DNA of 64,000 nucleotides from an uncultured Nitrospinota bacterium (GTDB taxonomy: Bacteria > Tectomicrobia > Entotheonellia > J063 > CAVPRW01). The first letter of the stretch is position 1; every line of letters begins with the position of its first letter. The DNA lies in assembly GCA_963707985.1 (NCBI GenBank), contig CAVPRW010000023.1, positions 96,001-160,000 of the forward strand, in the 5' to 3' direction. The position numbers and the translations under genes are program-made. Positions 44,691-54,323 of this stretch are shown here, piece by piece. The notes below the pieces were generated by a model. That model had not been told where the DNA came from. It made no database searches and worked only from the letters and a program-made list of their open reading frames with translations.

Positions 44691-46787
44691 CTACGTTCGA
44701 CGCAACAGGAGATTGCCGTATTGATCGACGGAGGCTTCGTAACCAGGATGGATGACCGTGGTGGAATCCAGTTCCTCGACCACTGCCGGGCCAGGCACCA
44801 CATCACCCCAACACAGACGGTAACGATCGACGATCGGGCAGGAGGTGAACTCTTCAATCTCGCCAAACCAGACTGGCCGGTGGCCCTTCACGGCCGCTTG
44901 AAAGTTCCCTGTCCCATGCGGCAGAGCCTTGAGCTGAGGTTTTGGGCTGACGCCGATGGCCGTGAGCCGCACGTTGACCAACTCCACGGCATCCTCACGT
45001 GCGGCATAGCCATAGGCGCGCGCATGGGCCTCGTGAAATTGCTCCAGGATGCGCTCGACATCCGGTGCGGTCAGAGCGCCAGCGGGTACCGTCACCGTCA
45101 GCTCGTGCGATTGCCCGCGATAGCGCAAGTCCAGCGTGCGGATCAAGCGTCGTTGGTCTGGTGCCACCCCTTCGCGCGCTAACAGGCTATCCCCCTGCGT
45201 CTCATAGTCGCTGAACAGGCCCATGAGCGCGGCGGCATCGAGCTGACCCAGCAACTGCCGACGCGTGGCGACAAATTCATGGGTCAGGTCGGTCATCAGC
45301 AGGCCCAACGCCGAAGCGATCCCCGGACTGGGCGGAATCAAGATCGTCGGAATATCCAATTCACGGGCTAGGGCATTCGCATGGAGCGGCCCGGCCCCGC
45401 CGAACGCCACCAAGACGAAGTCACGCGGGTCGTAGCCCCGCTGCACGGAGATCAGGCGGATGGCCCCCATCATGTGGGCATTGGCGATCTCGACAATGCC
45501 GCTCGCCGCCTGCACGGGGTCGAGTTTCAGCGGCTGGCCGCAGCGGACCATCATGGCGTTGCGACTGGCCTGCAGGTCGAGGCCGATTTCACCCCCGAGA
45601 AAGAATTCCGCATTGAGACGGCCGAGCAGCAAATTGGCATCGGTGATGGTCGGGGTCGTACCTCCCTGCCCGTAACACGCCGGTCCAGGCACCGCCCCGG
45701 CGCTGCGAGGGCCGACGCGCAATGCGCCCCCGGCATCGATCCAGGCTTCGCTGCCGCCGCCCGCGCCCACCTCCACCAGGTCGATGACTGGCGTGCGTAC
45801 CGGATAGCCGCTGCCGCGTCCTTCTCCCATTGGCGTGATGGCCTGCCCACCCACTTCGAACTCGGTCGACAGTTGCGGCCGTCCGTCACGGATGAGCCCG
45901 ACCTTGGCGGTCGTGCCCCCCATATCGAAGGAGATGACGTTGCCATAGCCATGCGGTAGCGCAAAGGCGCCCGCGGCAATGACGCCGGCCGCCGGACCGG
46001 ATTCCACCATGTAGACGGGCCGCTGCCTGGCCGATTGCACGCTCATGACGCCGCCGCTGGACTGCATGACATAGAACGGGGCGGTAATCCCCCGAGTCTG
46101 CAGGCGAGATTCCAGGGCATCGAGATAACGCGACACCAGGGGCATGATCGCCGCATTGACCGTGGTGGTACTGGCGCGCAGGTACTCGCGGAACTCTGGG
46201 CAGACGTCGGAAGAGACCGACAAGAAAGCCTCGGGATACTCCATCCGGATGATGTCAGCCGCCAAACGTTCGTGCGCCGGATTGACATAGGAGTGGAGAA
46301 AACAGCAGACGATAGCCTCAACGTCCTCGGCTCTGAGCTGCCGCACCGCCTGGCGCACGGCGTCGGTGTCCAGAGGTTCGAGGACCTTGCCTTCAGCATC
46401 GAGGCGCTCGCGCACCTCAAAGCTCCAGCGCCTCGACACCAACGGCCGTGGTTTGGTCAGGTGCACATCGTACAGCCGCGAGCGGATCTGCCGGCCGATC
46501 TCCAACACATCACGAAAGCCCTGCGTGGTGATCAGCCCGACGCGGGCGGTCTTGCCTTCGATCAGGGCGTTCGTGGCCACCGTGGTCGCGTGCACCATCA
46601 GGCGTACCGCCTCACTCGTGCACTGCGAGCGTTGCAGCGCACGCTCGACCGCGGCCATGAAACCGAGGGCCGGGTCAACGGGAGTGGTCGGGACTTTGAC
46701 GATGACGATCTCGCCCGTGGTCTCATCGACGAGCGCGCCATCGGTGAAGGTACCGCCGATATCGATGCCTAAGCGGGAAGGGCTCAT
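44691..46787 (-). CDS. Hydantoinase A / oxoprolinase family protein
   Basis: GIDIGGTFTD, HATTVATNA, SGPAAG, DMGGTT and GGAGPLHA motifs. Confidence 0.92.
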   Translation of the reverse strand: MSPSRLGIDIGGTFTDGALVDETTGEIVIVKVPTTPVDPALGFMAAVERALQRSQCTSEAVRLMVHATTVATNALIEGKTARVGLITTQGFRDVLEIGRQIRSRLYDVHLTKPRPLVSRRWSFEVRERLDAEGKVLEPLDTDAVRQAVRQLRAEDVEAIVCCFLHSYVNPAHERLAADIIRMEYPEAFLSVSSDVCPEFREYLRASTTTVNAAIMPLVSRYLDALESRLQTRGITAPFYVMQSSGGVMSVQSARQRPVYMVESGPAAGVIAAGAFALPHGYGNVISFDMGGTTAKVGLIRDGRPQLSTEFEVGGQAITPMGEGRGSGYPVRTPVIDLVEVGAGGGSEAWIDAGGALRVGPRSAGAVPGPACYGQGGTTPTITDANLLLGRLNAEFFLGGEIGLDLQASRNAMMVRCGQPLKLDPVQAASGIVEIANAHMMGAIRLISVQRGYDPRDFVLVAFGGAGPLHANALARELDIPTILIPPSPGIASALGLLMTDLTHEFVATRRQLLGQLDAAALMGLFSDYETQGDSLLAREGVAPDQRRLIRTLDLRYRGQSHELTVTVPAGALTAPDVERILEQFHEAHARAYGYAAREDAVELVNVRLTAIGVSPKPQLKALPHGTGNFQAAVKGHRPVWFGEIEEFTSCPIVDRYRLCWGDVVPGPAVVEELDSTTVIHPGYEASVDQYGNLLLRRT

Positions 46788-48583
46788 GCGTCGGTCTTCT
46801 CCAGCGGCGGCCGCGCCAGAAGCGTTCGGGCCTCGGCGGTCGCGTCCTCATCCAGCGTCAAGTTGGTCGGATCGAGGACGACTCCATAGGCCTGCCGGGC
46901 TCGTTCGGCCGAGACTTTACCCAGGGCCACATCGGTGACCACCTGCTCTGCGGGCCGCTTCCACGCTGCCTCACATCCACCTCCTCCAGGCGTCTGCACG
47001 CTGACGACGTCCCCTGGCTTGAGCAGCAACGTAATCTTTGACGGGAGCTCGCGCGCCTCTGAGGTGTCGGGGTTGAGGATGTACCTGGCCGAGCGTGCCG
47101 GTCCGCCGTCGAACAGACCCCAGGGCGGATATTTGGCTTTGTCGGAGAGGATGGAGAAGCTCGGCGTGTGGCCTGGGAACGTGTAGTCCCGCCGCACGCC
47201 CAGTCCGCCGCGATAAGAGCCCGCGCCTTCTGAGTCGGGGATGAGCTCGTAGCGCAGGATACGCACCGGATAATTGGCCTCGGTCTCTTCCACGGGGGCG
47301 TTTTCGGTGTTCTGGAAATGCGCCTGCACGGCATCCATGCCATCGTTACGGCGGGTGGCACCGTAGCCGCCGGCAATGGTCTCGTAGAAGGTAAAGTAGT
47401 CCCCGGTCGTCGGATTGATGCCGCCAAAGGCGATATTGCAGATGCAGCCTTTGGTGCCAGCCAGCACGCGCTCGGGTAGGGCGCTCGACAACGCCTTGAA
47501 GAGCAGGTCGCAGAGCTGCATGGCCACTTCCCACCCGGCCGCGACGGCCGCCGGATGCTGGGCATGCACGACGGTGCCTGGCGTGGTGCGGATATCGACC
47601 AGTCGATAAAAGCCATCGTTGACGGAAATATCCGGGTCGATCAGACATTTCAAGACATAGACCACGCCGGAGTAGGTCTGGGCCAAGGTGGCGTTGGTGG
47701 GGGAGGGTCGCTGTGGGGCGCACTCGGTTAAATCAACGCTGACGCGACCCTGATCGATGCAGACCGCCGCGACGAGGCGAATCGGCTCGTCACGAATGCC
47801 GTCACCATCCATGTACGACTCGGCACGGAAGACGCCATCGGGAAACTGGGCAAAGGCGTCGGCGGTACGGCGCTCGGTATAATCCAGCATGGCGCCGAGG
47901 TAGCGCTCGAATTCCATGCCGCCATACTTCTCCAGCAAGGCTTGCAGCCGCTGCCAGCCGAGCCGATTGGCCGCCGTCTGGGCGCGGAAGTCGCCCGAGA
48001 TCTCCTTGGTGCCGCGGAAATTGGCGCGAATCAGGGCAAAGATGTCGCGGTCGATTTGTCCCTCTTTGACGAAGCGGATGGGCGGGATGACGACTCCTTC
48101 CTGGTAGATCTCATTCGATACCCCGATGCTGCCGGGTGCGCCCCCGCCGACATCGACATGATGCGCGATATTGGCGAGATAGCCGAAAATCTCCCCCTCA
48201 TGAAAGACCGGGCTGATGAGGGTGATATCGTTCAGGTGCACGCCACCCAAGAAGGGATCATTGATCAGAATGCCATCGCCGGGCTTAAGGTGTTCCGGAC
48301 CATAAGCGGCGATCGCTCGCGGCACGATATGCGCCAGCGAGCCCAGATGCGACGGCTGGGCGAAGGCCTGGGCAATGGTGCGCAGCTGACGATCGAAAAA
48401 GGCGCAGGAGAAGTCGCCGCGGGTTTTGATATTGGTGGAATAGGCGGCGCGCCGCAGGGTCGCGCCCATTTCCTCGGTGATCGCCAAAAGCGCATGGCGC
48501 ATCACCTCGAAGCGTACCGGGTCTATGCCCGGCGCCAAAGCGCTGGAGGACGTCTGCGGAGCGGACGAGATAGCTGAAGACAT
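46784..48583 (-). CDS. Hydantoinase B / oxoprolinase family protein
   Basis: EEMGATLRRAAYS, NDPFLGGVHLND, HHVDVGG and TPGGGG motifs. Confidence 0.92.
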   Translation of the reverse strand: MSSAISSAPQTSSSALAPGIDPVRFEVMRHALLAITEEMGATLRRAAYSTNIKTRGDFSCAFFDRQLRTIAQAFAQPSHLGSLAHIVPRAIAAYGPEHLKPGDGILINDPFLGGVHLNDITLISPVFHEGEIFGYLANIAHHVDVGGGAPGSIGVSNEIYQEGVVIPPIRFVKEGQIDRDIFALIRANFRGTKEISGDFRAQTAANRLGWQRLQALLEKYGGMEFERYLGAMLDYTERRTADAFAQFPDGVFRAESYMDGDGIRDEPIRLVAAVCIDQGRVSVDLTECAPQRPSPTNATLAQTYSGVVYVLKCLIDPDISVNDGFYRLVDIRTTPGTVVHAQHPAAVAAGWEVAMQLCDLLFKALSSALPERVLAGTKGCICNIAFGGINPTTGDYFTFYETIAGGYGATRRNDGMDAVQAHFQNTENAPVEETEANYPVRILRYELIPDSEGAGSYRGGLGVRRDYTFPGHTPSFSILSDKAKYPPWGLFDGGPARSARYILNPDTSEARELPSKITLLLKPGDVVSVQTPGGGGCEAAWKRPAEQVVTDVALGKVSAERARQAYGVVLDPTNLTLDEDATAEARTLLARPPLEKTDA

Positions 48584-48701
48584 AGATTCAACCTCTATTG
48601 TACCTTATGGTAAGAGACCGCTGCCTGTGCTATGGACTGTACCGAATTGCACCCCAAGGGCTGAGGCAGACGTCGAAAAAAGCCTCAGTCCTCGGCACAC
48701 A

Positions 48702-49835
48702 TCACGCAGCGCTATCGGTAAAAATATCCAACGGCAAGAACGCCGACACCACCACATTTGGTACATCGACCAGCTCACTGATGCGCAGGTCGACGGCAAC
48801 GCTCGTCACTACGTACGCTTGCTCGCGACTGTAGCCCCGCTCGGCCACCAGATGATCGATCATGTTCAGCAGCGCGTCCTGCGCGGCCAGTGTGACATTT
48901 TCCGATTCGTTGCGACCGTCGCGCGTGATCGGCATGCCGGTCGTGGCGAAGAATCGGCGTGGTACGGCAAAGCGCGGGTCCGCATAGTACTCCTGACGCT
49001 CATACTGCGGACGTTGAATCTGCCGCTGCGCCGCCACCCCTTTGCGTAGCCCAAAGCGCACCGTCAGCGTCGCCCCCATCTCCACCGCCGTACCACAGCT
49101 TTCTCCATCCCCCTGAGCGAAGTGGGCGTCACCAGACGAAAAGAGTGCCCCCGGCGTGTAGACCGGCAGCAATAACGTGGTGCCGGCGGTGAGTTGTTTG
49201 ATGTCGAAATTGCCACCGGTCTCTCGCGGCGGAATGGTGCGCAAGGCCGTGCTGGCGATCGGCTCCATGGTGGGTACGGCGCCCTGCGCGTCGGGTGGCA
49301 AAACTGCCCCACCACGGCGTAACAAGTCGTCTTCACGGGCGGTGAGTTGGGCCAATAGCTGGTGCGAGGGGGAGACCCCCATCACCCCCATGAACGGGCC
49401 GCCGGGGATACGCACGTCAGGCAGATCGGGCGACACGGCAACCCCACCGGCGATCGCCCACTTGATCAGAAAGGGCGTCGGAAAAAACTCCCGTAAAAAG
49501 CCGAACCCTGGCACAATGGTGGTGAAGGCAAAGGGTTGAGGCGTGATCTCCACGATGTGTACTTCGAGCAGATCCCCCGGTTCCGCGCCATTGATAAACA
49601 CCGGACCGGTGAGGGGATGGACGACATTCAAATCGGCACGATGGAGATCGGCCGCCGTCGTGTCTGGTGTAATGGCCCCATCGAAGGCATCACGGGTTTC
49701 CAGGACAACCGTATCACCTGGATCGACTCTGAGGGCGGGCGGAATATCGGGATGCCAACGGTTATGCCCGGTTTGAGGCTCGTCGCACAGGGGTTTATTA
49801 CGATCGATGCGAACAGTGTGGCTTCCAGCCGCCAT
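48702..49835 (-). CDS. Acetamidase/formamidase family protein
   Basis: HNRWHPDIPP, HPLTGP, PPRETGGNFD and GDAHFAQGDGE motifs. Confidence 0.92.
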   Translation of the reverse strand: MAAGSHTVRIDRNKPLCDEPQTGHNRWHPDIPPALRVDPGDTVVLETRDAFDGAITPDTTAADLHRADLNVVHPLTGPVFINGAEPGDLLEVHIVEITPQPFAFTTIVPGFGFLREFFPTPFLIKWAIAGGVAVSPDLPDVRIPGGPFMGVMGVSPSHQLLAQLTAREDDLLRRGGAVLPPDAQGAVPTMEPIASTALRTIPPRETGGNFDIKQLTAGTTLLLPVYTPGALFSSGDAHFAQGDGESCGTAVEMGATLTVRFGLRKGVAAQRQIQRPQYERQEYYADPRFAVPRRFFATTGMPITRDGRNESENVTLAAQDALLNMIDHLVAERGYSREQAYVVTSVAVDLRISELVDVPNVVVSAFLPLDIFTDSAA

Positions 49836-50099
49836 GAAGACCTCCTTTGCCTACAGCGGTATGTGTCAGCGGTTCGGCGAGTGGAGAATACCCGCCGTGG
49901 AAACGGGTGTCAACAAAAAGGGTGTGGCTGCTATTCGTCTCGCAGGCATGGCCTGGCACGGTGCATCAGGGCCTGCAACGATAGGCAATAGACCGATTAT
50001 ACTAGACCTTCAGGGGAACCCGTGTAGAATAGCAGGACCACATATCGCAGAATCGGCTACACGCTTACGTCTGGCATCATGCGCCAGGGAGGAATGTCG

Positions 50100-51221
50100 A
50101 TGCAAGGTCGAGTTGCAGTGTTGCGGGAATATGGCGGGGAGTTTGAGCTGCGAGAGTACCCGGTGCCCGAGGTTGAACCCGGTGCCATCCTGGTAAAGCT
50201 CACACGCGCTGGCGTGTGTGGCTCTGATCTCCATATCTGGCGGGGCGAGATGAAGGATGTCTATGGTACCGCCCCGAAAGACCTGACCTTCGGCCACGAG
50301 ATGTGCGGACACGTCGAGCGCCTCGGTGCCGGCGTCACCACTGACTCGAATGGGCAACCATTGCAGGAAGGGGATCGCATTACCTTTGCCTATTTTTTCC
50401 CCTGTGGCCGTTGCCCTGTCTGCCTGCAGGATGAGCTTGGGAGCTGCCCACGCAAAGCACGCGCCAATCGGGTCGCCGGCACACCACCCTATTTCAATAA
50501 CGCCTACGGCGATTATTACTACCTGCGTCCCAACCACTATGTCTATAAACTCCCGGATGAAATCTCGGACGATATCGCCACACCGGTGAACTGTGCCCTG
50601 TCACAAGTCTTGTATGGGTTGCAGCGCGCCGGTCTACGTTTCGGTCAGACGGCGGTCATTCAGGGGGCCGGTGGCCTGGGGCTCAATGCCGTCGCCGTCG
50701 CCAAGGATATGGGTGCGGACAAAGTCATCGTCATCGACCAGATCCCTGGCCGTCTTGAACTGGCACGCGCCTTTGGGGCCGATCACGCCTTAAGTCTAAC
50801 CGAGCTGCCGCGGCCAGAGGACCGTATTCAAGCGGTGATGGACCTGACGGACGGCTTCGGGGCCGATGTGGTCGCAGACGTGGTGGGATACCCACACGTC
50901 ATCCCGGAAGGGCTACGCATGCTACGGAGCGGTGGCTGTTACCTGGAGATCGGCAATATCGCCCCAGGAAACATGTTTACGTATGACGCGACGGCACTGG
51001 TCCGAGGCAATACCCGGCTGGTGGCCACGTCCAATTATTCGCCGTGGGCTATCCCCCAGGCGCTGGCGTTTATCCGCCGCAATATCCAACGTCTTCCCTT
51101 CGATCGCATCGTGTCCCATACGTTCCCGCTTGAACGCATCACAGACGCCTTCCAACAGGCTGAGTGGCTGCAACGTGAGGGTGATCCGCTACGCATCTCG
51201 CGGGCTGCGCTCGCCATGTAG
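50100..51221 (+). CDS. Zinc-binding alcohol dehydrogenase (MDR family)
   Basis: GVCGSD, GHE, CGRCPVC...C and GAGGLG motifs. Confidence 0.9.
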   Translation: MQGRVAVLREYGGEFELREYPVPEVEPGAILVKLTRAGVCGSDLHIWRGEMKDVYGTAPKDLTFGHEMCGHVERLGAGVTTDSNGQPLQEGDRITFAYFFPCGRCPVCLQDELGSCPRKARANRVAGTPPYFNNAYGDYYYLRPNHYVYKLPDEISDDIATPVNCALSQVLYGLQRAGLRFGQTAVIQGAGGLGLNAVAVAKDMGADKVIVIDQIPGRLELARAFGADHALSLTELPRPEDRIQAVMDLTDGFGADVVADVVGYPHVIPEGLRMLRSGGCYLEIGNIAPGNMFTYDATALVRGNTRLVATSNYSPWAIPQALAFIRRNIQRLPFDRIVSHTFPLERITDAFQQAEWLQREGDPLRISRAALAM

Positions 51222-51248
51222 GGGAGAACGAGGATTATCACACCAGCC

Positions 51249-51546
51249 GTGCTCCCAAGTCGCTGGTGCTCGAGGGTGATCGCGAGCGCTTTAGGTCTGG
51301 CGATACTCTTTTGGGTGGGGGCGATCAGCCCCCACCTCGTGCACCACCTCTTCGATGAAGACCATGGGCAAGCCTGCCTGATGTTCGAGCAGGCCAGCTG
51401 GTTCCCCATGTCTCATGGTCGCACAAGCTGGCCTTATACTGCCTCGGATACCGCATCCAGCGCTCCTTGTCGATGCACTCTCCTATCCACCGGTGCATCT
51501 CATCGCGCCTTATTCACCACGTGCCCCTCCATCCAGCCACGTCTGA
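51249..51546 (+). CDS. DUF2946/CruR-like leader peptide with RAPP motif; +1 frameshift in the C-run near 51405
   Basis: Signal-like segment, then PHLVHHLFDEDHGQAC; the shifted frame ends PYSPRAPPSSHV* (RAPP at 51520-51531). Confidence 0.7.
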
Positions 51547-51652
51547 TTCTTCAAGCACAACATCATTCTCTCTTGTTCGGAGCGACAGGGCTGTATTGCG
51601 CTTCGCGGGAGAGGTGCGCTCTCCGACAACGTCAGGCTTGGAGGAAAGGCCG

Positions 51653-52663
51653 ATGCGACAGGTGCGTGTATTGGATGTGCTGATATTCGCAACGCTCATG
51701 ACGCTCTCAGCGCCCATCCTCGTGTGGGCCCATGGCACCGCGGGCAAGCGATTTTTTCCCACGACACTCACCATCGAGGACCCGTTCGTCTCCGACGAAC
51801 TCTCTTTCTTGGTTGATTACATTAAAGAACCTGGCGAGGTCGTGGACTCACCGACCAAGGTCATGGCGATCTCTGGTGATTACTCCAAACGGATCACGCC
51901 GTCCCTGGGGCTGTCGATCGGAGGGGAATTCCGGCATTTGGACCCCGACGAGGGAAAAACCGAAAACGGCTTCGGAAACCTCGAGCTCGGGGCCAAATAC
52001 CAGCTCTTCACCAGCGCGCCGCATGAGGCCTTGCTATCGCTCGGGTTGGATGTGGATCTCGGCGGGACTGGCAGTCGCTCTGTGGGTGCTGAGTCGTTCT
52101 CGACCTTCGCACCAGTGCTGCTCTTCGGCAAGGGCTTCGGCGACCTCCCCGAGACGCTGAATTTCCTGAAGCCGCTGGCCGTCACCGGGAGACTTGGGCT
52201 CGATATCCCCACACGCAGCAAGAACGTCACCACCTCTGTGCTTGAAACCAATGGCGCGACTACCGATGAGGTCAACGGCGAGCAAGTTACTGAGAATATC
52301 TCGGAAATCGAGCGTGAGGTCGAGTACAACCCGCTTATCCTGAGTTGGGGCTTCACTGTGCAGTACAGCCTGCAATATCTGCAGGCGTTCGTCAAAGATG
52401 TCGGACTGGGTGCGCCATTTGACCGCATGATCCCGCTGGTGGAGCTACCACTCGAAACTTGCCTGAATCGTGGCTGCGGAGGGCGGACGACCGGCACGGT
52501 CAACCCCGGCCTCATCTGGTTCGGCAAGTACCTGCAGCTCGGCCTCGAAGCCGCCATCCCGATCAATGACCGTTCAGGGAAAAACGTCGGGGTCCGTGGA
52601 ATTGTGCATTTCTTCATCGATGATCTTTTCCCGGAGAGCTTGGGGCGGCCGATCTTTCGCTAG
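51653..52663 (+). CDS. Exported protein, putative outer-membrane beta-barrel linked to copper uptake
   Basis: Signal peptide, then HGTAGKRFFPTTLTIEDPFVSDE; amphipathic strands; precedes copC and copD. Confidence 0.65.
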   Translation: MRQVRVLDVLIFATLMTLSAPILVWAHGTAGKRFFPTTLTIEDPFVSDELSFLVDYIKEPGEVVDSPTKVMAISGDYSKRITPSLGLSIGGEFRHLDPDEGKTENGFGNLELGAKYQLFTSAPHEALLSLGLDVDLGGTGSRSVGAESFSTFAPVLLFGKGFGDLPETLNFLKPLAVTGRLGLDIPTRSKNVTTSVLETNGATTDEVNGEQVTENISEIEREVEYNPLILSWGFTVQYSLQYLQAFVKDVGLGAPFDRMIPLVELPLETCLNRGCGGRTTGTVNPGLIWFGKYLQLGLEAAIPINDRSGKNVGVRGIVHFFIDDLFPESLGRPIFR

Positions 52664-52676
52664 TGGGGGTCATAGC

Positions 52677-53054
52677 ATGCACATGCTCCGTGGGATCATC
52701 GCCCTGTACAGCCTGATACTGTTTGGCTGGCCGCCGTGTGCGGCCTGGGGCCATGCGTTCCCCCATCATAGCGAACCGAAGGTGGGGGCGACTGTGAGCG
52801 TCGCCCCCAGTCGCATCCGGATTTGGTTCGATGGCGCCCTTGAACCTGCGTTTAGTAGCCTGCGCGTGGAGGATGCCCACGGCCAGAGGGTGGACAAGGG
52901 GGATGGGCACGTCGACCCGGCTGACGCGACGCTTCTCGAGGTAGACTTGACGCCCCTGGCTCCCGGTCGCTACCGCGTGATCTGGAGCGTAGTCGCGCGG
53001 GACGGACATCGGACCGAAGGTGATTTCATGTTTACCATTCAGCAGGGAGATTAG
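52677..53054 (+). CDS. copC: Copper-binding protein CopC
   Basis: Mature N-terminus HAFPHHSEP; WSVVARDGHRTEG. Confidence 0.9.
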   Translation: MHMLRGIIALYSLILFGWPPCAAWGHAFPHHSEPKVGATVSVAPSRIRIWFDGALEPAFSSLRVEDAHGQRVDKGDGHVDPADATLLEVDLTPLAPGRYRVIWSVVARDGHRTEGDFMFTIQQGD

Positions 53055-53056
53055 GC

Positions 53057-54178
53057 ATGTGGGACGATGTTTTGCATGCGATTCCCACCACCTTCGATCT
53101 GCTGGCCCTGGTCATCTGCCTGGGGACTCTGGGTTGTCGCCTCTGGGTTCTTCCCGGGCTGACGGCGGTGCCGGGCGCGATCGGTGTCGAGGCCGTCCTC
53201 GTCTCTCTGTGGCGGTTGCTGGTCATGGGCATCGCCGCCTTGACCCTTAGCAGCCTCATGGATCTCGTGGGTCGCACCGCTGAGATGAGCGGCCTACCGC
53301 TGTCGGCCATCCCGCCTGTGCTGCCGACAGTTCTCTCTCAAACTCACTATGGCTGGGTATGGCTCATGCGTCCTATAGCCCTCACTGGGCTCTGGCTGGG
53401 ATGGTGGATGGGAAGAAGGAACGTTCGCGCGCGGCTCATCCCCGCTGTGATGTTGGGCGCCGGGGCCCTGATAGCAATGACACGCAGCGCTTCCGGACAC
53501 GCGGCCGACTGGGGAGACCCGACGTTTCCCGAGCTCATCGACTGGGTGCACCTGATGGCGAGCTCTTTCTGGGGCGGCGGACTGTTCGCCCTATCGATCG
53601 CGATTCTGCCGGCCGCCTTCAGACTCCCAACCCGGCGACGACAATGCATCGCCACGATCGCTCAACGGTTTTCCAACCTGGCGGGCGTCACGCTGGCAGG
53701 GGTATTGCTGACCGGCCTCTACAATGCGTGGGTGCAATTGGGGACTATCAGGGCACTGTGGGAGGTGTCATATGGTCGCATGCTGCTCGTCAAGCTGCTC
53801 CTAGTGGTCCCGCTGGTCGCCTTCGGGGCCTCTAATCATTACACAAGCGTTCCACTCCTGCGACGGTGCTCAGTACGCCCTGGTCCAAGGCGCGCGCGAC
53901 CACGCATCTTGGTGGCCATGCAACTCCGCACCACCGGTCAAGGTCGGCCGCGAGCGGTTCGGCGCGTCCGTCGATTTGCCCGGAAGGTAAGGGCCGAAGT
54001 CATTTTCGTCGCGGGGATTCTGATCTGCACAGCCCTTCTTCTGCATGGGGCACCCGCTCGCCATGCGATGCACCGTGAGCACAGCGTGATGTTCCCGGAG
54101 GCGCCATCGGGACCGGCGGGTCAGTTGCTGGGTTCGGTGCGGATCTCTGTCCGAGTGGGATTAGAAAGGTCCTGGTAG
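53057..54178 (+). CDS. copD: Copper transport membrane protein CopD
   Basis: SGHAAD, WVHLMASSFWGGGL, RFSNLA and SYGRMLLVKL motifs. Confidence 0.88.
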   Translation: MWDDVLHAIPTTFDLLALVICLGTLGCRLWVLPGLTAVPGAIGVEAVLVSLWRLLVMGIAALTLSSLMDLVGRTAEMSGLPLSAIPPVLPTVLSQTHYGWVWLMRPIALTGLWLGWWMGRRNVRARLIPAVMLGAGALIAMTRSASGHAADWGDPTFPELIDWVHLMASSFWGGGLFALSIAILPAAFRLPTRRRQCIATIAQRFSNLAGVTLAGVLLTGLYNAWVQLGTIRALWEVSYGRMLLVKLLLVVPLVAFGASNHYTSVPLLRRCSVRPGPRRARPRILVAMQLRTTGQGRPRAVRRVRRFARKVRAEVIFVAGILICTALLLHGAPARHAMHREHSVMFPEAPSGPAGQLLGSVRISVRVGLERSW

Positions 54179-54323
54179 GGGTTGGCATCATAACAAAGAT
54201 CCCTATTGCTGCGGATTTGATATGATAGGGTAGTCATAACTCGTGGGTGAGGCGATTGTCTGCCAGCGCTGCTGGTGCCAATCGCCATCAGCGGTCCTGG
54301 GAAGACACGAGAGGAGTGGGGAC

